A DNA stretch of 64,000 nucleotides, taken from Torpedo marmorata. Lineage: Eukaryota. The position numbers and the translations under genes are program-made. Of this stretch, positions 23,106 to 37,129 are shown piece after piece (position 1 is the stretch's first letter; each line of letters opens with the position of its first letter). Under the pieces are notes generated by a model. The model did no database searches. It saw nothing but the letters and a program-made list of their open reading frames with translations, and was not told the origin of the DNA. The DNA is taken from the NCBI GenBank assembly GCA_977017645.1, contig OZ360227.1, positions 101,184,001 to 101,248,000 on the forward strand. The letters run 5' to 3'.

Positions 23106-26100
23106 TTTCACTTGATGGAATTGCCTTTGTTCAGCTTACACCCTTGGGTGATCCATGGGGTTCCTAATGCTATGTTGGTGGAGCCGATACCACAAGGTAC
23201 TTGCAGAGAACCAGTGAAAGCTGAGGATCCTAGCAGCCATGCATTTGAACTGATGTCATCACAGACATCATAATTGCCAGCCCTGGTTAAACAAATCATA
23301 CTTCACTGCAGCTGTGTGCAGATACAAGGAAGATCCTGAAAATGCCTCTGAAAGATCCCTGGAAGGATGTACAAACAAAACAGTTGACACCAATGGTGAT
23401 TTTGAGAACCACTGGTCATCAGATCTCATTGTAACAGATTTTGTTGTAATGTCCTAAACATGTTGCCCACACTTGATGTAGTGTTCAGACATACTGAGAA
23501 AGCTACTTCACTGCCTGTGGCTCCTTTGTCTAGGATATTACCCACCGTGAGCTCATGAAGGGCAAATACTTACTGGCCATTAAGTCATTTGCAGTAATAT
23601 GTATAAACTCAAAGATAATCAACATGATTTCTACACAACAGTGAGACTCAGCCAGGTAAATGTATTTCTCTATTACGTCATTTGGGTTAATTGAATTTTG
23701 TATTTTCTCAAACTCTTTCACTTCTCTGTGGTGTATTGCACCGTGCTTTTTTGAATATCTGTGCTCATCGGCACATAACTGTGCCAATGCAGACAGCACT
23801 TAAATATGTTGTTTAAAAAATTCCTCCTACTCCATCATTTTCTGTGATTTAGTCAAACCGTCCTACTTGACTGTTTAAAACATTAGTGAAAGAATTCTAC
23901 CCTTTTTCCTCTGGTTTTCTTTACTGTCACACATCTGACCCAAACAAAACTTTTGTTATTACCTCCTTGTCAAAAGTTTTAGATTGCTTTTAAAACATGA
24001 TGAAATAAATTTTGAAAATCCAAAGTAAATCTTACTAACCAGCTGACATACTGAAAGCTCATAACCAACACAAGATGATGTCTCACATTTTGTAAGTAAG
24101 CAAAGACACTCTCTGAGGCTTCTTTTTGGTAATCGATGATAGCTCATCGGACACTAACTATTTTGAATAACGGATGTCTTTAACTTACAAAATTGATAAG
24201 TGCTTAGCGACAAAAAAAAAATCAGACTTATTGTTTATGCCACACAGTATCATCGTGTCTCGTTCTTCCCAACTCACTTTGATGAACAGTAAAATAATCA
24301 CCAAGATGGAACTGGAAGATATTTGTTTTGTACATTATATTAGTTGTGAATTGCACAGTTACGCATAGGTAATATCCACTTTCTCACCTCACCATTAATT
24401 GTCTGTACAATGTAATACAGAAACCATCCACAAAACACCTTCTGCAATCCTTTGACAGACATTAATGCCTCACTTTTTTCTGTCTGTCAAAGCTGTCAAG
24501 GTTTTTTAATGCTTCAAAATGCTCCTGCCATTCAGGAAAAATAATGAAAATATATTAAAATTAATGAAACTATTAAAACAAAAAAAAAGCATTTTGAAGC
24601 AAGGTTAAGCCTTGCAGCTTTAACAGACAAAAGAGTTGTGCACAGGATACTTCAGGCCTGGCACCCTTTAATTTTGTCAGTGCTCAAAATGTTTGAGGCC
24701 TTGTTGCAACTCAGACCTTTGCAGCTCAATTTCTGATTGTCTCAGTAAGAAAATTGCCTCCTGACTGCAGGCAAGGTAATTTTGGGGAATAGGAAAAGTA
24801 GAGAGGAATATAATGGAGAATGCAGGCAGCTGGTCCTACTCAGGAAAATCCAAGCCTGTTTTTGTAGTCACTTACCGCTGTGTGCTTCGCCTTTAATGGG
24901 CAGCAAACACTTTGGGATTAAACAGAAGACACAATTAATAGTGAGATGAATAAGTGGGTGTTACCTTCGTGTAACTGTGTGAAATATGGTTAATATCATG
25001 CATTTAAACCATATGCTTCAAATGGGCATATATAAATGAAGGGCTTGACTTGTATATTTGAAATACTGACGATTTGTTGATGAGTTCATTTTTACTTCAA
25101 AAATATTTAAACATGCAATTCGTGTAGTTGTCACAATCTCTCTGGTGCCAATGATTAACAAACAGGAATGGTATTAACGTTCTGACAGAATATGTAAACA
25201 ATTTACTGCACAATGAAATGCATTTTCTGTTAAGCCGTTAATATTTCAAATTAAACAAAAACACCTGTCTACGATTCAAAAAGGCTAAATCTGTCGGATT
25301 ATTTTAAAGATCATTCTTCATGTTTTCACATTCAAATAAGGCATCAGTGTAAGGTATATTTTGACTGCTGAGGTAATTGGAGAGTCGGCAATCTGAAACC
25401 TAACAACTTACTAAACAACTTTCATGATTTCTTTGATATATTTCATCTATAATTAAAGTCTTACCTAAGCAACAAGGTAAAATGTAAATGTTTAGAGATG
25501 TATCAGTAGAAGAAAGTACAACATCCTTTCTTTGATAAATCCAGTGTTAAATTACAGATAATGCCCTAGCTGACTAACACATTCCACCCCAAACCATTTT
25601 GGAAAATTATGTTTGATTAACGTGAACCTCACAAAAAGACTCAATTTAAATGCTATACTTAGACAATTGTCAAATATTTGTCATTTTACCATTTTCCTAT
25701 GATTATTATTTTATTTATAATTTAGAAAAGCTCAAAAAATCTTATCAATACCTTCAGGAATTCCTGTTTACACATGTAAGTAACAGAAATATATGCATAG
25801 TTGGCTCATTGAAAATATTTGAAATAATGACAGATGATGATAATGTTGAGCCTTTAAAAGAATAATATCCATCAACACTCAAGTAATAGGCCAAATTGAT
25901 CAAGGGTAGAGTATGGGTGTGCATTGTTTGAGTACGGGCAAGCAGGGGTTGCAGTGGTTCAGATCTCCAGAATTTTGTTTCTCTCTCTCTGGATTGAATA
26001 AACACCCAGCTAGGTAATAGGGAAAGGAAGGGACTGATATGTTTAAACGTATCCCTAACATGATGATTGTTCGGCTGGAGGTGTATGTGTGTGGAAGTCA

Positions 26101-27344
26101 ACTGATTATAGCTGAAGAATATAGATGTTTAGAAGAATAGATTGCAGTTTAGCATTGTGTTTCATTATGTATGTGAAAGCGTTGATGAGGTAGATAACTT
26201 TTATCATCCTGTACTTTCTTATTTATTTATCTTCTCTTACTGTTCTTAAAATGCTTTATATGAGGATGTCCAAAACCATTTCTAACCATAACCTAATTAT
26301 ATTGTGACTAATGGCTTTTCTGTTCTTTGCTGGTCCTTTCTTACTTTGTTTTAAATTAAATAAATTCACACTAAGTTCAGATGGTCAAGTTGATTCTCCT
26401 CTGCTTTGAAATATAAGCACATAGCATGATCATAAGTGGGGAGATAATCCTTCTTAATCTGCCAGGAATGAATTACACTTTGAATATGCCAGGGACACAG
26501 ATATGCCAGGCAACACAGGCAGAACCTTCACTCCCTATTACTTCATCAGGAGTCAGACACACACTCACCATTAGATTAACAGAGCTCAGACACATATCTC
26601 TTAATTGTACTCCTAGCCCTGACTGCTCAGACAGCTGTGCTGTCAGCTATGGCTTTTGCTTGGATAGTTTCCTAAGTACAAAACATTGCTGAGGTGATGT
26701 GCTGTATTTGGACAAGGGCAAATACTGGATCTTTGATCACAGGTTACAAAGAATGTGATTGTACAGAACAGGAAGAATGTATTAGGTAACAAAGTTAAGA
26801 GGAAAGTAGCAAACAAAGTAGCCGAATAGCTATGATAGGAAGGAGTGATGACTACATGAAGCAAGATTACTTTGATAAATGGCATTCCTAGTTGAAATAT
26901 TTTCCGTGAAATGACATTGAAAAACTGATGGAGGGTAGTGGCAAACTGCTGGCTCTTTACCATAATTTTATGTTGAATGGTCACAGTGTCTATTAACTGT
27001 AAGAATAAGAGAAGTGTACGAAGCACACAGGAGAACTATGACTTGTCTGTGAAACTTAAAAGCAAGTGGTCAATAATGGGTGCAACAGTTCAGCGATTCT
27101 TTGGGGAGCCATAAATAGCTTTTCAGATCATCAGCTTTTTTTTGCCAAAGGTAGAATATTAATAAAGATTTTACAACAATTAAAAGAAGAGGCTCAGGGT
27201 TTAGTATGAATTTGATGAGTGCCAGGATCAGGTTGATGTTTCGTGAAGAGCTTTTAGGGATGGTTCTTTTCTGATGCTCTCCACAGGACCATCCCTGTAG
27301 GCCAGCACTATAGGACCAGTACAAAAAGTAAACACAAACAACTA

Positions 27345-27928
27345 GTCAAGTTTATTGTCATCTGATTGCACAAGTACAATCGATGAAACAGCGTTCTCTG
27401 GTTCTAAATGCAAAACACGCAGACACACAACCAGACATAACACACATACAGACAAACAATACATATGCAGGACAAGTATTCATATATACAAATAAATAAA
27501 TTTATATTGTTTCGTGAATATGAGAGTCTCGGATGGTTAGTGTGAGCAGTTCCTTTGGTCGTTCTGCATTCTCACTGCCCGAAGGAAGAAGCTGTTCCTC
27601 AGCCTGGTGGTGCTGGCTCTGATACTCCTGTATCTCTTTCCTGACGGGAACAGCTGAAAGATGCTATGTGCGGGGTGGAAGGGGTCCTCAATGATTTTGT
27701 GCGCCCTCTTCAGACAACGATCCCGGTAGATCACATCGATGGGTGGGGGGGGGGGGTGGATGGAGGAGACTCCAATGATCCTCTCTGCCACTCTTATGGT
27801 CCTGTGGATTGACCTCTGATCCATTTCTCTGCAGCAACCGCACCACACTGTGATGAAGCCAGCCAGGACGCTCTCGATGGAGCTCCAGTAGAAGGTTGAC
27901 ATAATGGTGGCTGGTAGCCTTGCCTACC
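27345..27928 (-). mobile_element. Rex1/Babar LINE 3' end
   Basis: STFYWSSIESVLAGFITVW...FQLFPSGKRYRSIRASTTRLRNSFF. Confidence 0.85.
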
Positions 27929-29099
27929 TTAACTATTATTGTCTCTGCCTTTGTCAGTGTTGTGATACACTAGAGTCACAGGTGTCCCTATAATGGATGA
28001 CATCGCTCTACATCTGACCTGGACCCTGTAAGGATAGACACCCACAGTCAATTGTAAGTCAGAATGCATAGCCCTGCAAAAATAGTTGAAAACATCTTGC
28101 TAGCTGTAAACATTTAAACAGCAATCGCTTAATTCTGTGCCATGTAAAATGTTGTGACTTCTAGAAGACTATCTGCCGTAAAAAGAGTTACTGACATTGT
28201 TCGAATCTACTGCCTTTGTAGTTTCATATGTTTGGCAAAGCTGGTGGATGCAAGAAGGCATATAAAGTTACATTTGAAGCCTGATCTTCCTGAGTTCCTA
28301 CACAAATGCTCTTTTTCTTCTCAATATATCAGTTAAGACATGCCAGTGATGTAAAGTAAATTTACACAATAAGTGTCCTGGAATTACTTAAATGCAAAAT
28401 AAAACAAACTGCTGAAGGAACTCAGTGGATCAGGCAGCTTCCTTGGAGGAAAAGGACAGTTGGTGTTTAGGGTCGAAACCCTGCTTCAGTATTTTAGATG
28501 AGTGCTTACTTTAAAAAGTAGGCACTTACCTTCCCTCCTCACACCTATCCTAAGTGTATCTGGAAGCACTGCCCAACATGCCATTGATTTCATAATGAAA
28601 TAAGTGTTCATTGGATTATATTAACACAACTCTCATTTAAACTTCCCATTTCCACCTTGGGCTGATGGAAAGCTGCTCGAATTTATTATCAAAGAGTACC
28701 TCCAGTCAGAAAACTGAAAACACAGAAAAATAATAATTTTGGATGCGAGTGTGATTTTCTAACCACACATGAAGGCATTGTTTTGCAAATAAAAAAGATC
28801 AATTCAATGATTACAAACAATAGCAAAATGAGAATTCAATATCACAATCAGATATTAATGAAATTGTGAGCTACATGTAATACTGAAGTAATTTTATCAA
28901 AATTATGCACTCTTCTGTCAGCTGAATCAATACAAAAGAGACCAGATCCCTACTTCAATTGCCACACGAGGATCGGCTTGACAATGAGACAGAAGGGAGA
29001 TAACTTCCAGGTAGAGCAGTATTTCAACAAGCAGCATGGATTGAAGTGGATTCATTCATTCTTTTCCTAAGTATGTGCATTTCCTTTCGTGGTGGGGAA

Positions 29100-29290
29100 G
29101 AATCAAAAACTGAGATGCTGGAGGAACCCACCAAGTCAGGTAATAGGAGGCGAAGGAATGGTTGATGTTTTGGGACAAGACCCCGCATCAACCACGTGGT
29201 TGCAGGGAGAACATGCAAATTCCACACAGACAGCACTCGTGATCAGGATTGAACCCGTGTAACTGGAGCTGTGCCAATGTGGTGTGCCAT
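29100..29290 (-). mobile_element. Penelope terminal-repeat fragment joined to a V-SINE head
   Basis: gatgctggaggaacccaccaagtcagg..., then gggagaacatgcaaattccacacagacagc...ggattgaacccg (reverse V-domain and B-box). Confidence 0.6.
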
Positions 29291-32200
29291 CGTGTCAAGG
29301 GATGAACATTTCACAACCAGGTTATCACTTGACGGGGTGCTTGTGTAGGCCAGAGTCAGACTACACAGACACACAGGTGAAAATAGGCACATGATGATGA
29401 GCCACTCAAACTACTTGGCCAGAGTGAGAATTAAGTCAGAAATTTGACGACAGAAGACAATGGCTCCACTAATAGTTGGTGATCATTTCTGCTTATCCAA
29501 TGCTATATATTAGAGTGGGATCTGAGCAGTCCGAGAGAAAGGGGACAGTGTGCAGAATGACCTGATCCTGTGCTATCAGATGATGGTGGAAGTGCAGTGC
29601 TCCAGGTAATGTTGCATGTACAGGAAGGAATCTATTGGAGACAATTCTCTGTCTCTTGCTGGAAAAGGAGGAAGCAAACATGGTTCCAGCCAAATGGATA
29701 ACAGGCAAGTGAATATGGCAGAAGAAGGAGTAGTCAACCATGTTTTAAGGCTGCAGACAGCTGAAGAATGATGAGGAAGGAGTCACCATCTTTCATAAGA
29801 GCCATTTTAGTACTGCAGCAGGTAGGATTTTGCAGGTCTCAAGGGCGTAAGGGTTACGGTATGCTTTTCTGAGGAGGGTTCCTGCTGGTAGAGGGGCATG
29901 CGGGGGCAAAAGGGGAAGTTTAGTAGCTGGCAGTTTGTGAAAATTATCCATAGAGAGCAGATGGCTACCCTCATGGAAAATGGAGGTTGGACATAGCATA
30001 AAGAATTATAGGAGACAAATTATTGACCATTCAATAGAAAGGGTGCTGAGTAAATATCAGTCTTTGTTGCAATGAATTCCACATGTGCATGTGCATATTG
30101 AATGGGACAAGGGAGAACGGTTTAAGGAGATAGTTGGTTCTGGAAGACATAATGTGCAATCTGTTATTAGAAGTATACTTCGTTTCTCTTTCTGTATTTC
30201 TTCCAGACCTTTTCAATTACTTGCCTTTCTTTGTTGTTGAGGTTCCCCCATTGAAATTAAAACCTCTGCTTTGCCTGGCTTTAAGTTGATGAACAAAAAG
30301 GCATTCTAATTTATCAAGAAGCAGAAAACACAGATGTTAAGTTTCTGAAACAAAGCCAGAAACTGCTGAAAACCCTTAGCTGAGAGGAACATGGGTTCTG
30401 ATGAAATGTCCATGGTTAGGAAGGTTTACACCCTTCCCCTCTCCACTGCAGCTGCCTGGCCCATTGAAGTTTCCAGCATTTTCTGTTTTTATTATACATT
30501 CATTTATGCTTGAAGGCTCTTGGATTTCTGTACATCTTACATAAAATGTGGTAAACAATGACTATTAAAATACAATCCAGTCGGTGGAGGAGGAATGGCC
30601 TCACCCACAGGCCTATGAATCGTAACACTCCTCCATCTCCCACCTAAGCTACAAAAGCAAGCACTTTAGGTGGTTCCTGCACTCAGTATCCAGTCCTGCT
30701 TGTTTCTGCCTCAGCTACATTGTTGCAAAATATGTCACATTCTTTACGGCAGAGGCGTCCATCAAGTCTTATTGCTTTGGCATACACTGCTCGCTTACAA
30801 CCATCATTCTTGAGTGTCAATTGCTGTTTAACAAGAAAGACAGATGAGACTTTCAAAGCAAAATGTATCTATAACTGTTTGCTGATATATACATTAGATC
30901 TCATTTAGTCCATTATATGGTTTTTCAAAAGGACAACATTACCCGTGGTGATTTATCTCCTACCTTCACATGTAACCCTTTCATTACAAGCTTACTCCGT
31001 AGCTTTTTAGGGGAGCAAAGAATTTCCATTCCATTACAATAATGGCATTAGTGTCTAATGAAAATGTTATGTTCCATTAATGTGAAGTGTTGATAAAAGA
31101 AAATAATAGGGCAAAGTTACCGTTTTATTGGTGTTGCTCAATTTGTGACTGCAATAAAAAAGCAGTACTTGACAAATCCTTTCCTGCACATCATCCTGTG
31201 TATAGAACCAGGTGATGTTCGGATATTTTGTGGGTAGAGGTTTCAATGCAATTTTAATGCATCTCCTTGCTGACCATTCCTCTTTTCTAAACAACATTTC
31301 ACAAAGCTGCAACAGATATTTACAGCAGTTTGGCAGCCCAGGCAAATGATTGGTATTGAAGTGTTAAATATGTAGACTGGCTTCTAATTTTTAGTATTGG
31401 AATATCTTTCTTGTAATGAGGAACATGGGTTTGAGAGTGCCATGTTGACGATGCAACATTCTGTCAGATCAAAAGAAAAGTGCAATGAGGAAAGTTATTT
31501 GATCCATCTTAGCTCATCTATTCAAAAAGAACTTGCAGGCACCCCCGTCTCAGCATCCATAAATGATTCCAGGATCTTTGTTTCCGCTATTAGACATTCA
31601 TTCCCTATGTTGACTGCTGTGTGAAGAACTTCCTGATGTAAGCTTGCCTTTTACCAATTTAAATCAATTTTCCTTGGAACTTAATCTCAGGCTGTCTTAA
31701 ATAAATGACAACATTTCTGTCCTTTCCATTTGAAGACTAACCTTGCTTTATGACGTACAGCTGGAAAAAGAAAGATATGTTAAAAATGCTTTCTAAAGAT
31801 AACATAATTTGGGTGTTTGAATATTCGAGTGTGTTTCCTTTAGGAGCTAATAGTAGCTCAATAAATCATAGATTCCCATCTTTGCTATCTGGTCATTGCT
31901 GCGTTCATTGTTTAGAAGTTTGATTACAACAACTTTCATCAATAAATTTCATTTCAGTGGCAATTGAGATGAAATAGCGAAGTAGGTGTTAGATGTTACA
32001 CAGGTGAGGTAGGATGTTTTAATAATGTGAGGTCAGAACATGATTTAAATCAGCTAAAATACTTGGGTTACACATAGTCTAAGATGAACCAGTTGACCTT
32101 GTTTCTACTCTTCACTGCTGTCCAGGAAATCAATTTGAAAATTGCAAGCATGTGCATGCCTGATGCAGGCTGAGCTGCAGTGGTTGGAATCCTTTAGCAA

Positions 32201-32401
32201 CAGGCTAACAGTTATTCGAGGAACATTCATTGCACAGGGTCAGATGTGAAATGTGCCTCCAGAACATGGCACTAATTGCTGTAATGTATCATAACATTGT
32301 TCCTTTCAAATGGTTTGGATGAAGGAGAAAGTTTGTCTCGACTAGATTCAAAACCTGAAGTATAAGAAAAACTGAACTGGAACAAAAATGTGTTTGGTTT
32401 A

Positions 32402-32635
32402 TGTGGTAAACCACTGTATGTGTGTTGTGGAGCTGGGGATAGGTTTGGACATGCCCTGCTGACTGTCCCGGTGACCCCTCCCACAATCCCCTTGAATAAA
32501 GGCCATTGTGCCACAACTCCTCCCCTCAGTCCGGGACAGATCAGCAGCTCGAATGTAGCTCCATTCTATAACCAATAAAAGCCTTTCAGTTCAATACAAC
32601 TTCCAGTCTTTTGGGAGTCATTGATAGGTGTATCA
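32402..32635 (+). mobile_element. Short solo LTR (234 bp)
   Basis: TG...CA ends; 5-bp TSD GTTTA (32397-32401, 32636-32640); TATA-like GAATAAA and AATAAA near 32574. Confidence 0.75.
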
Positions 32636-32744
32636 GTTTACAAATTAATCTGAATCTGATTCCATTCACAAGTTCATCACTGTCACCCAAAGGATTACTA
32701 ATGATCTTCAATGTAAATTCCGCAAAAACGATGCCAGGATTTCT

Positions 32745-32866
32745 ACTGACTACTCACTGCTATCAGATTTCTGAATGGACAATGAACCACAGACACTATC
32801 TCCACTTTCTCTTTTTTTATTTTTGTGACATGTTCATGACAATAAATTCTGATTCTGATTCTGACT
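32745..32866 (+). mobile_element. Rex1-type LINE tail
   Basis: gctatcagatttctgaatggacaatgaacc...catgacaataaattctgattctgattctga, similar to 12310-12492. Confidence 0.65.
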
Positions 32867-33481
32867 ACAACTAAATAGCACAGGTCCAATATCCGCACTT
32901 CACCAGTAGGTGAAGCGCAGAACAACCTCATCCATACAGAAAGCATAAAATGACCATCCTTAAAGCCCATCAAAATCCACAGACTTTGGCATTTCATAAG
33001 CTCAGCCCACTGCAAAGTGAATACAACACAACCTTACAACTTTCCACTACTGGATCACTGAGGACAGAACACTGGCTTATTTGGTGCTGATTACTGGATC
33101 ACAGGGCACTACAATCTTAGCCAAAGCACCTTGCGAGCTATCTGAAGTCTTCAAAGAGGGAAAGGCTTGAGACATAATGGCCAAGTGGCCAAATTCAACA
33201 AAACCTTCTCCTTGAACTGACATGTTCACTGATAAAACTCTCAAGCAAATTTGGTCAAAGCAGCCAGTTTTCAATAATTGAGAGTTGAAGAAACAGGTGG
33301 AAAGATAGAGTGGAGGCCCTCAAGACTGCACATATAAAGTTATGATGCTGTGAACAACTGTCTAAGCTTAAACCAAAAACTACATCTAAACTTAAAACTA
33401 GAATGTTTTCCACAAGGTATGAACTCGGGTGGCAATACCAATTCATTGCCCATCCCCAATTGCTTTTAAGAGAAGAGCAGT

Positions 33482-36400
33482 TGACTGAACCCTAGAGAAA
33501 AAGATTATTCATTTTATTCTTTTAGACATGATCTAGGATAGATTTATTTTTATTATCATCACAGGTTCAAGATAGAATAACGCAAGCATCCTATAAAGCG
33601 AGAGTAATTTCTGATCATTCACCTTTGTTATTGTCTTGTATAATTCCGGAAAAAGAAAAAACTATATATAATTGGAGATTTGATTCGTCGTTATTAAAAA
33701 GGAAAGATTTTTGTGAATATATAAGAAGAGAAATTCAGGAATTTTTACGAATAAATGTTAATTCTATTAATGATAAATTTATAGTGTGGGAAGCTTTAAA
33801 AGCTTACTTAAGGGGTCTAATAATGTTATTCAGTTAAAATTAAGAAAGATTATCTTAAAGAATCAGAAAATCTGGAGAAGGAAATTGAACTTATGGAGAA
33901 AGACTTACAGAGAAATAGATCAATTCAAAAAAGAAATAGTTTAATAGGGAAGAAATTACATTATAATTTATTACAAACAGAAAGAATGGAAAAATTAATT
34001 GAGAAAACTAAACAAAGATATTATGAATTAGGAGAAAGAGCACATAAGGTTTTGGCATGGCAATTAAAAAAAGAACAAGTTTCTAAAACTATAAATGCTA
34101 TAAGGAAGAAAAATACTGGAGAAATAACTTATAAACCTCAAGAGATAAATGAATCTTTTAAAGATTATTATCAGAATTTATATAAATCGCAGATTGATCA
34201 AGATGATTCTAAAATTAATAGATTCTTATCTAAAATTGTATTACCTAAATTGAATATTCGGAGTAGAGACTCTTTAGATTTGCCTTTCACAATGAGGGAA
34301 GTTAGTGAAGTTTTTTCCTCGTTGAAGAGTGGTAAATCTCCGGGTGATGATGGGTTTTCATCAGAATTTTATAAAGAATTTAAAGATTTATTAATACCTC
34401 CATATATGGAGGTATTAGATCAAATTACTGAAACTCATTCATTACCGAAAACATTTTTAAATGCTATAATTACAGTTATAACAAAGAAGGATAGAGATGT
34501 ATTAAAAACTGAATCGTATAGACCTATTTCATTATTAAATGTAGATTATAAAATAATGGCAAAATTTTTAGCAAATAGAATGGCTAAATATTTGCCAGAT
34601 TTGATACATACAGATCAAGCTGGTTTTATTAAAAATAGATATTCAAAGGATAATATAACTAGATTAATTAGTTTAATTAGTTTACATAAAAAGAAACAAG
34701 ATTTACAATTAGTTGTAACATGAGACGCTGAAAAGGCTATTGATAGATTAGAATGGAATTTTTTATTTAAGGTATTAGAAAAATTTGGTTTTGGAAATAC
34801 ATTTATAAATTGGATTAAAACTATATATAAAGAACCATCAGCTAAAGTAATCACAAATGGACAAATATCGCCAAAATTTTCTTTGACACGTTCTACGAGA
34901 CAGGGATGTCCCCTGTCACCAGCTTTATTTGTTTTGGCGATAGAACCATTGGCTGAATTAGTTAGAAAAGATCCTAAGATAGTGGGTATTAAAGTTGGTA
35001 CGGAAGAACATAAGATTAGTTTGTTTGCAGATGATGTATTGATATATATGACAAAATCTATTATATCACTTCAACAACTATCTATTATATTAAGAGAATA
35101 TGGTGAAATATCTGGATATAAAATTAATTCTGATAAAAGTGAAATAATGGCTTTATCTCAGGGTGATTATACTAGATGTAAAGAAATTACACAATTTAAA
35201 TGGGCTAAAGAAGGAATTAAATATTTGGGGGTCAAGTTTGATACAAAATTGGAAAATTTATATAAATTAAATTATTTACCATTATTTGTGAAAATAAAGA
35301 AAGATTTAGAGAACTGGAAAGATTTACCCATAACTTTAATGGGAAGGGTAAATTGTATTAAAATGAATATTTTTCCAAGAGTGCAGTATCTTTTTCAATC
35401 AATTCCTTAAAAAAATTTTTAAGATTTAAATTTTATCGTTAGGAAATTTTTATAGAAAGGAAAGTTAGCAAGAGTAAGTATGGAAAAGTTAACTGGAATT
35501 ATGAGATGGGTGGATTGTAACTTCCTAATTTTCAAAATTATTATAAAGCAGCTCAACTGAAATTTGTTAATGAATTTTTTGATTTAACTAAATCTTCTGC
35601 TTGGATTAAAATAGAATTAAATAATATAGGAGAAGATCTTAAAGAAGAAATTATTTATAAATGGGATTCTAAATTAATATTATTAAAAAAGAAAAATTCA
35701 CCGATTATTAAACATTTGTTAGAAATATGGGGTAAGACGGATAAAGAGAGAGGTGGAAGAGGATTAATTTCTTCAAATATGCCATTATATCAAAATGGAC
35801 TTATATCATTTACTGTTAATAATCAGTTACTTAAAATTTGGTTTCAAAAAGGTATTAAGAAGATAAATGATTGTTTTGAAGCTGGAAAATTTATTATGTT
35901 TCAAAGAATGAAAGATAAATTTAATATACCAGATAATACATTTTTAGCTTATTATCAAGTTAAAGCTTTTTTGACTGAGAAATTAGGTTATGCTTTGATT
36001 TTACCAAGACAAAATGAATTAGAATTATTAGTTACTAATGGAGATGTTAATAAATTTATTTCTCAAATGTATAAATTGTTTCAGAGGATAATGCCTAAAA
36101 TAGGATTGCATAAATCAAGATTAAAATGGGAATTAGATTTAAATGTAAATATAGATGAAAATCACTGGAAAGATTTATGTAAGTTAAGTATGACGAAGAT
36201 TATTAATGTTAGATATAGACTAGTACAATATAATTTTTTTCATCAATTATATTTAACACCAAAAAAATTAAAGAAATTTAATTCGACATTATCAGGACTA
36301 TGTTTTAGATGCAATAATGAGGAAGGTTCTTTTGTTCATTCTACATGGTTTTGTCCAAAGATTCAAGATTTTTGGTTGAAAGTTAAAAAATTTTTAGATA

Positions 36401-36966
36401 AAGTATTTAATATTGTATTTCCAATGTTATTTTTATTTGGAGATATTAAAAAATTTAGTATTAAAAAGAAATTAAATATGTTTCAAGTAGAATTTTTACG
36501 AATTGCTTTAGCTGTTTCGAAAAAAATGCATTGCTATTACTTGGAAATCTGATTTAGATTTAGGATTAGAAAGATGGCATGCAGAGCTTCGTTCGTGTAT
36601 ACCACTGGAAAAAATTACTTATAATTTACGTAATAAATATCATTTCTTCTTGAAAATTTGGAGCCCATATATGAGAGCTGTGGGTTTAAGGATTTGAAGA
36701 TCTCTGGATATCGGATCTACTGGCACATTTGACCTCTATAATAGAATTAGTTTATAGATGGTATTCCCCTTATTCTATCTTTTTCTTTCTTTTTTTTTTC
36801 TATTTTTACTTTTATTTTAATTTTACTAGTTTAGTGGGGATGGGGGGGTTGGGGAGAGGAGGGAGGGTGGGGGGGTGAAAATGTAACACATGTATTTTGA
36901 TAATTTTATATTTTATTTTATGTATTTTGTGATTTAAAAGTTTAAATAAAATAATAAATTAAAAAA
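33482..36966 (+). mobile_element. 5'-truncated L1-clade LINE, disrupted ORF2
   Basis: Endonuclease end SDHSPL; KSPGDDG; YRPISLLNVDYK; RQGCPLSP; LFADD; CFRC..GSFVHSTWFC; polyA; TSD AAGAGAAGAGCAGT (33468-33481, 36967-36980) at a TTTT/AA site. Confidence 0.95.
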
Positions 36967-37129
36967 AAGAGAAGAGCAGTAAATGGCCTTCTTGAAAGTC
37001 TACAGAGATGGGGTGAAGGGTTTCCACAGTGTTTTCGACAGCAATGAAAAAGGATCAGCAATATATTTCCAAGTTAGGTTTGTGCATGACTTGAAGGTGA
37101 TAATGTTCCAAAGCATCTGCTGCCCATCT

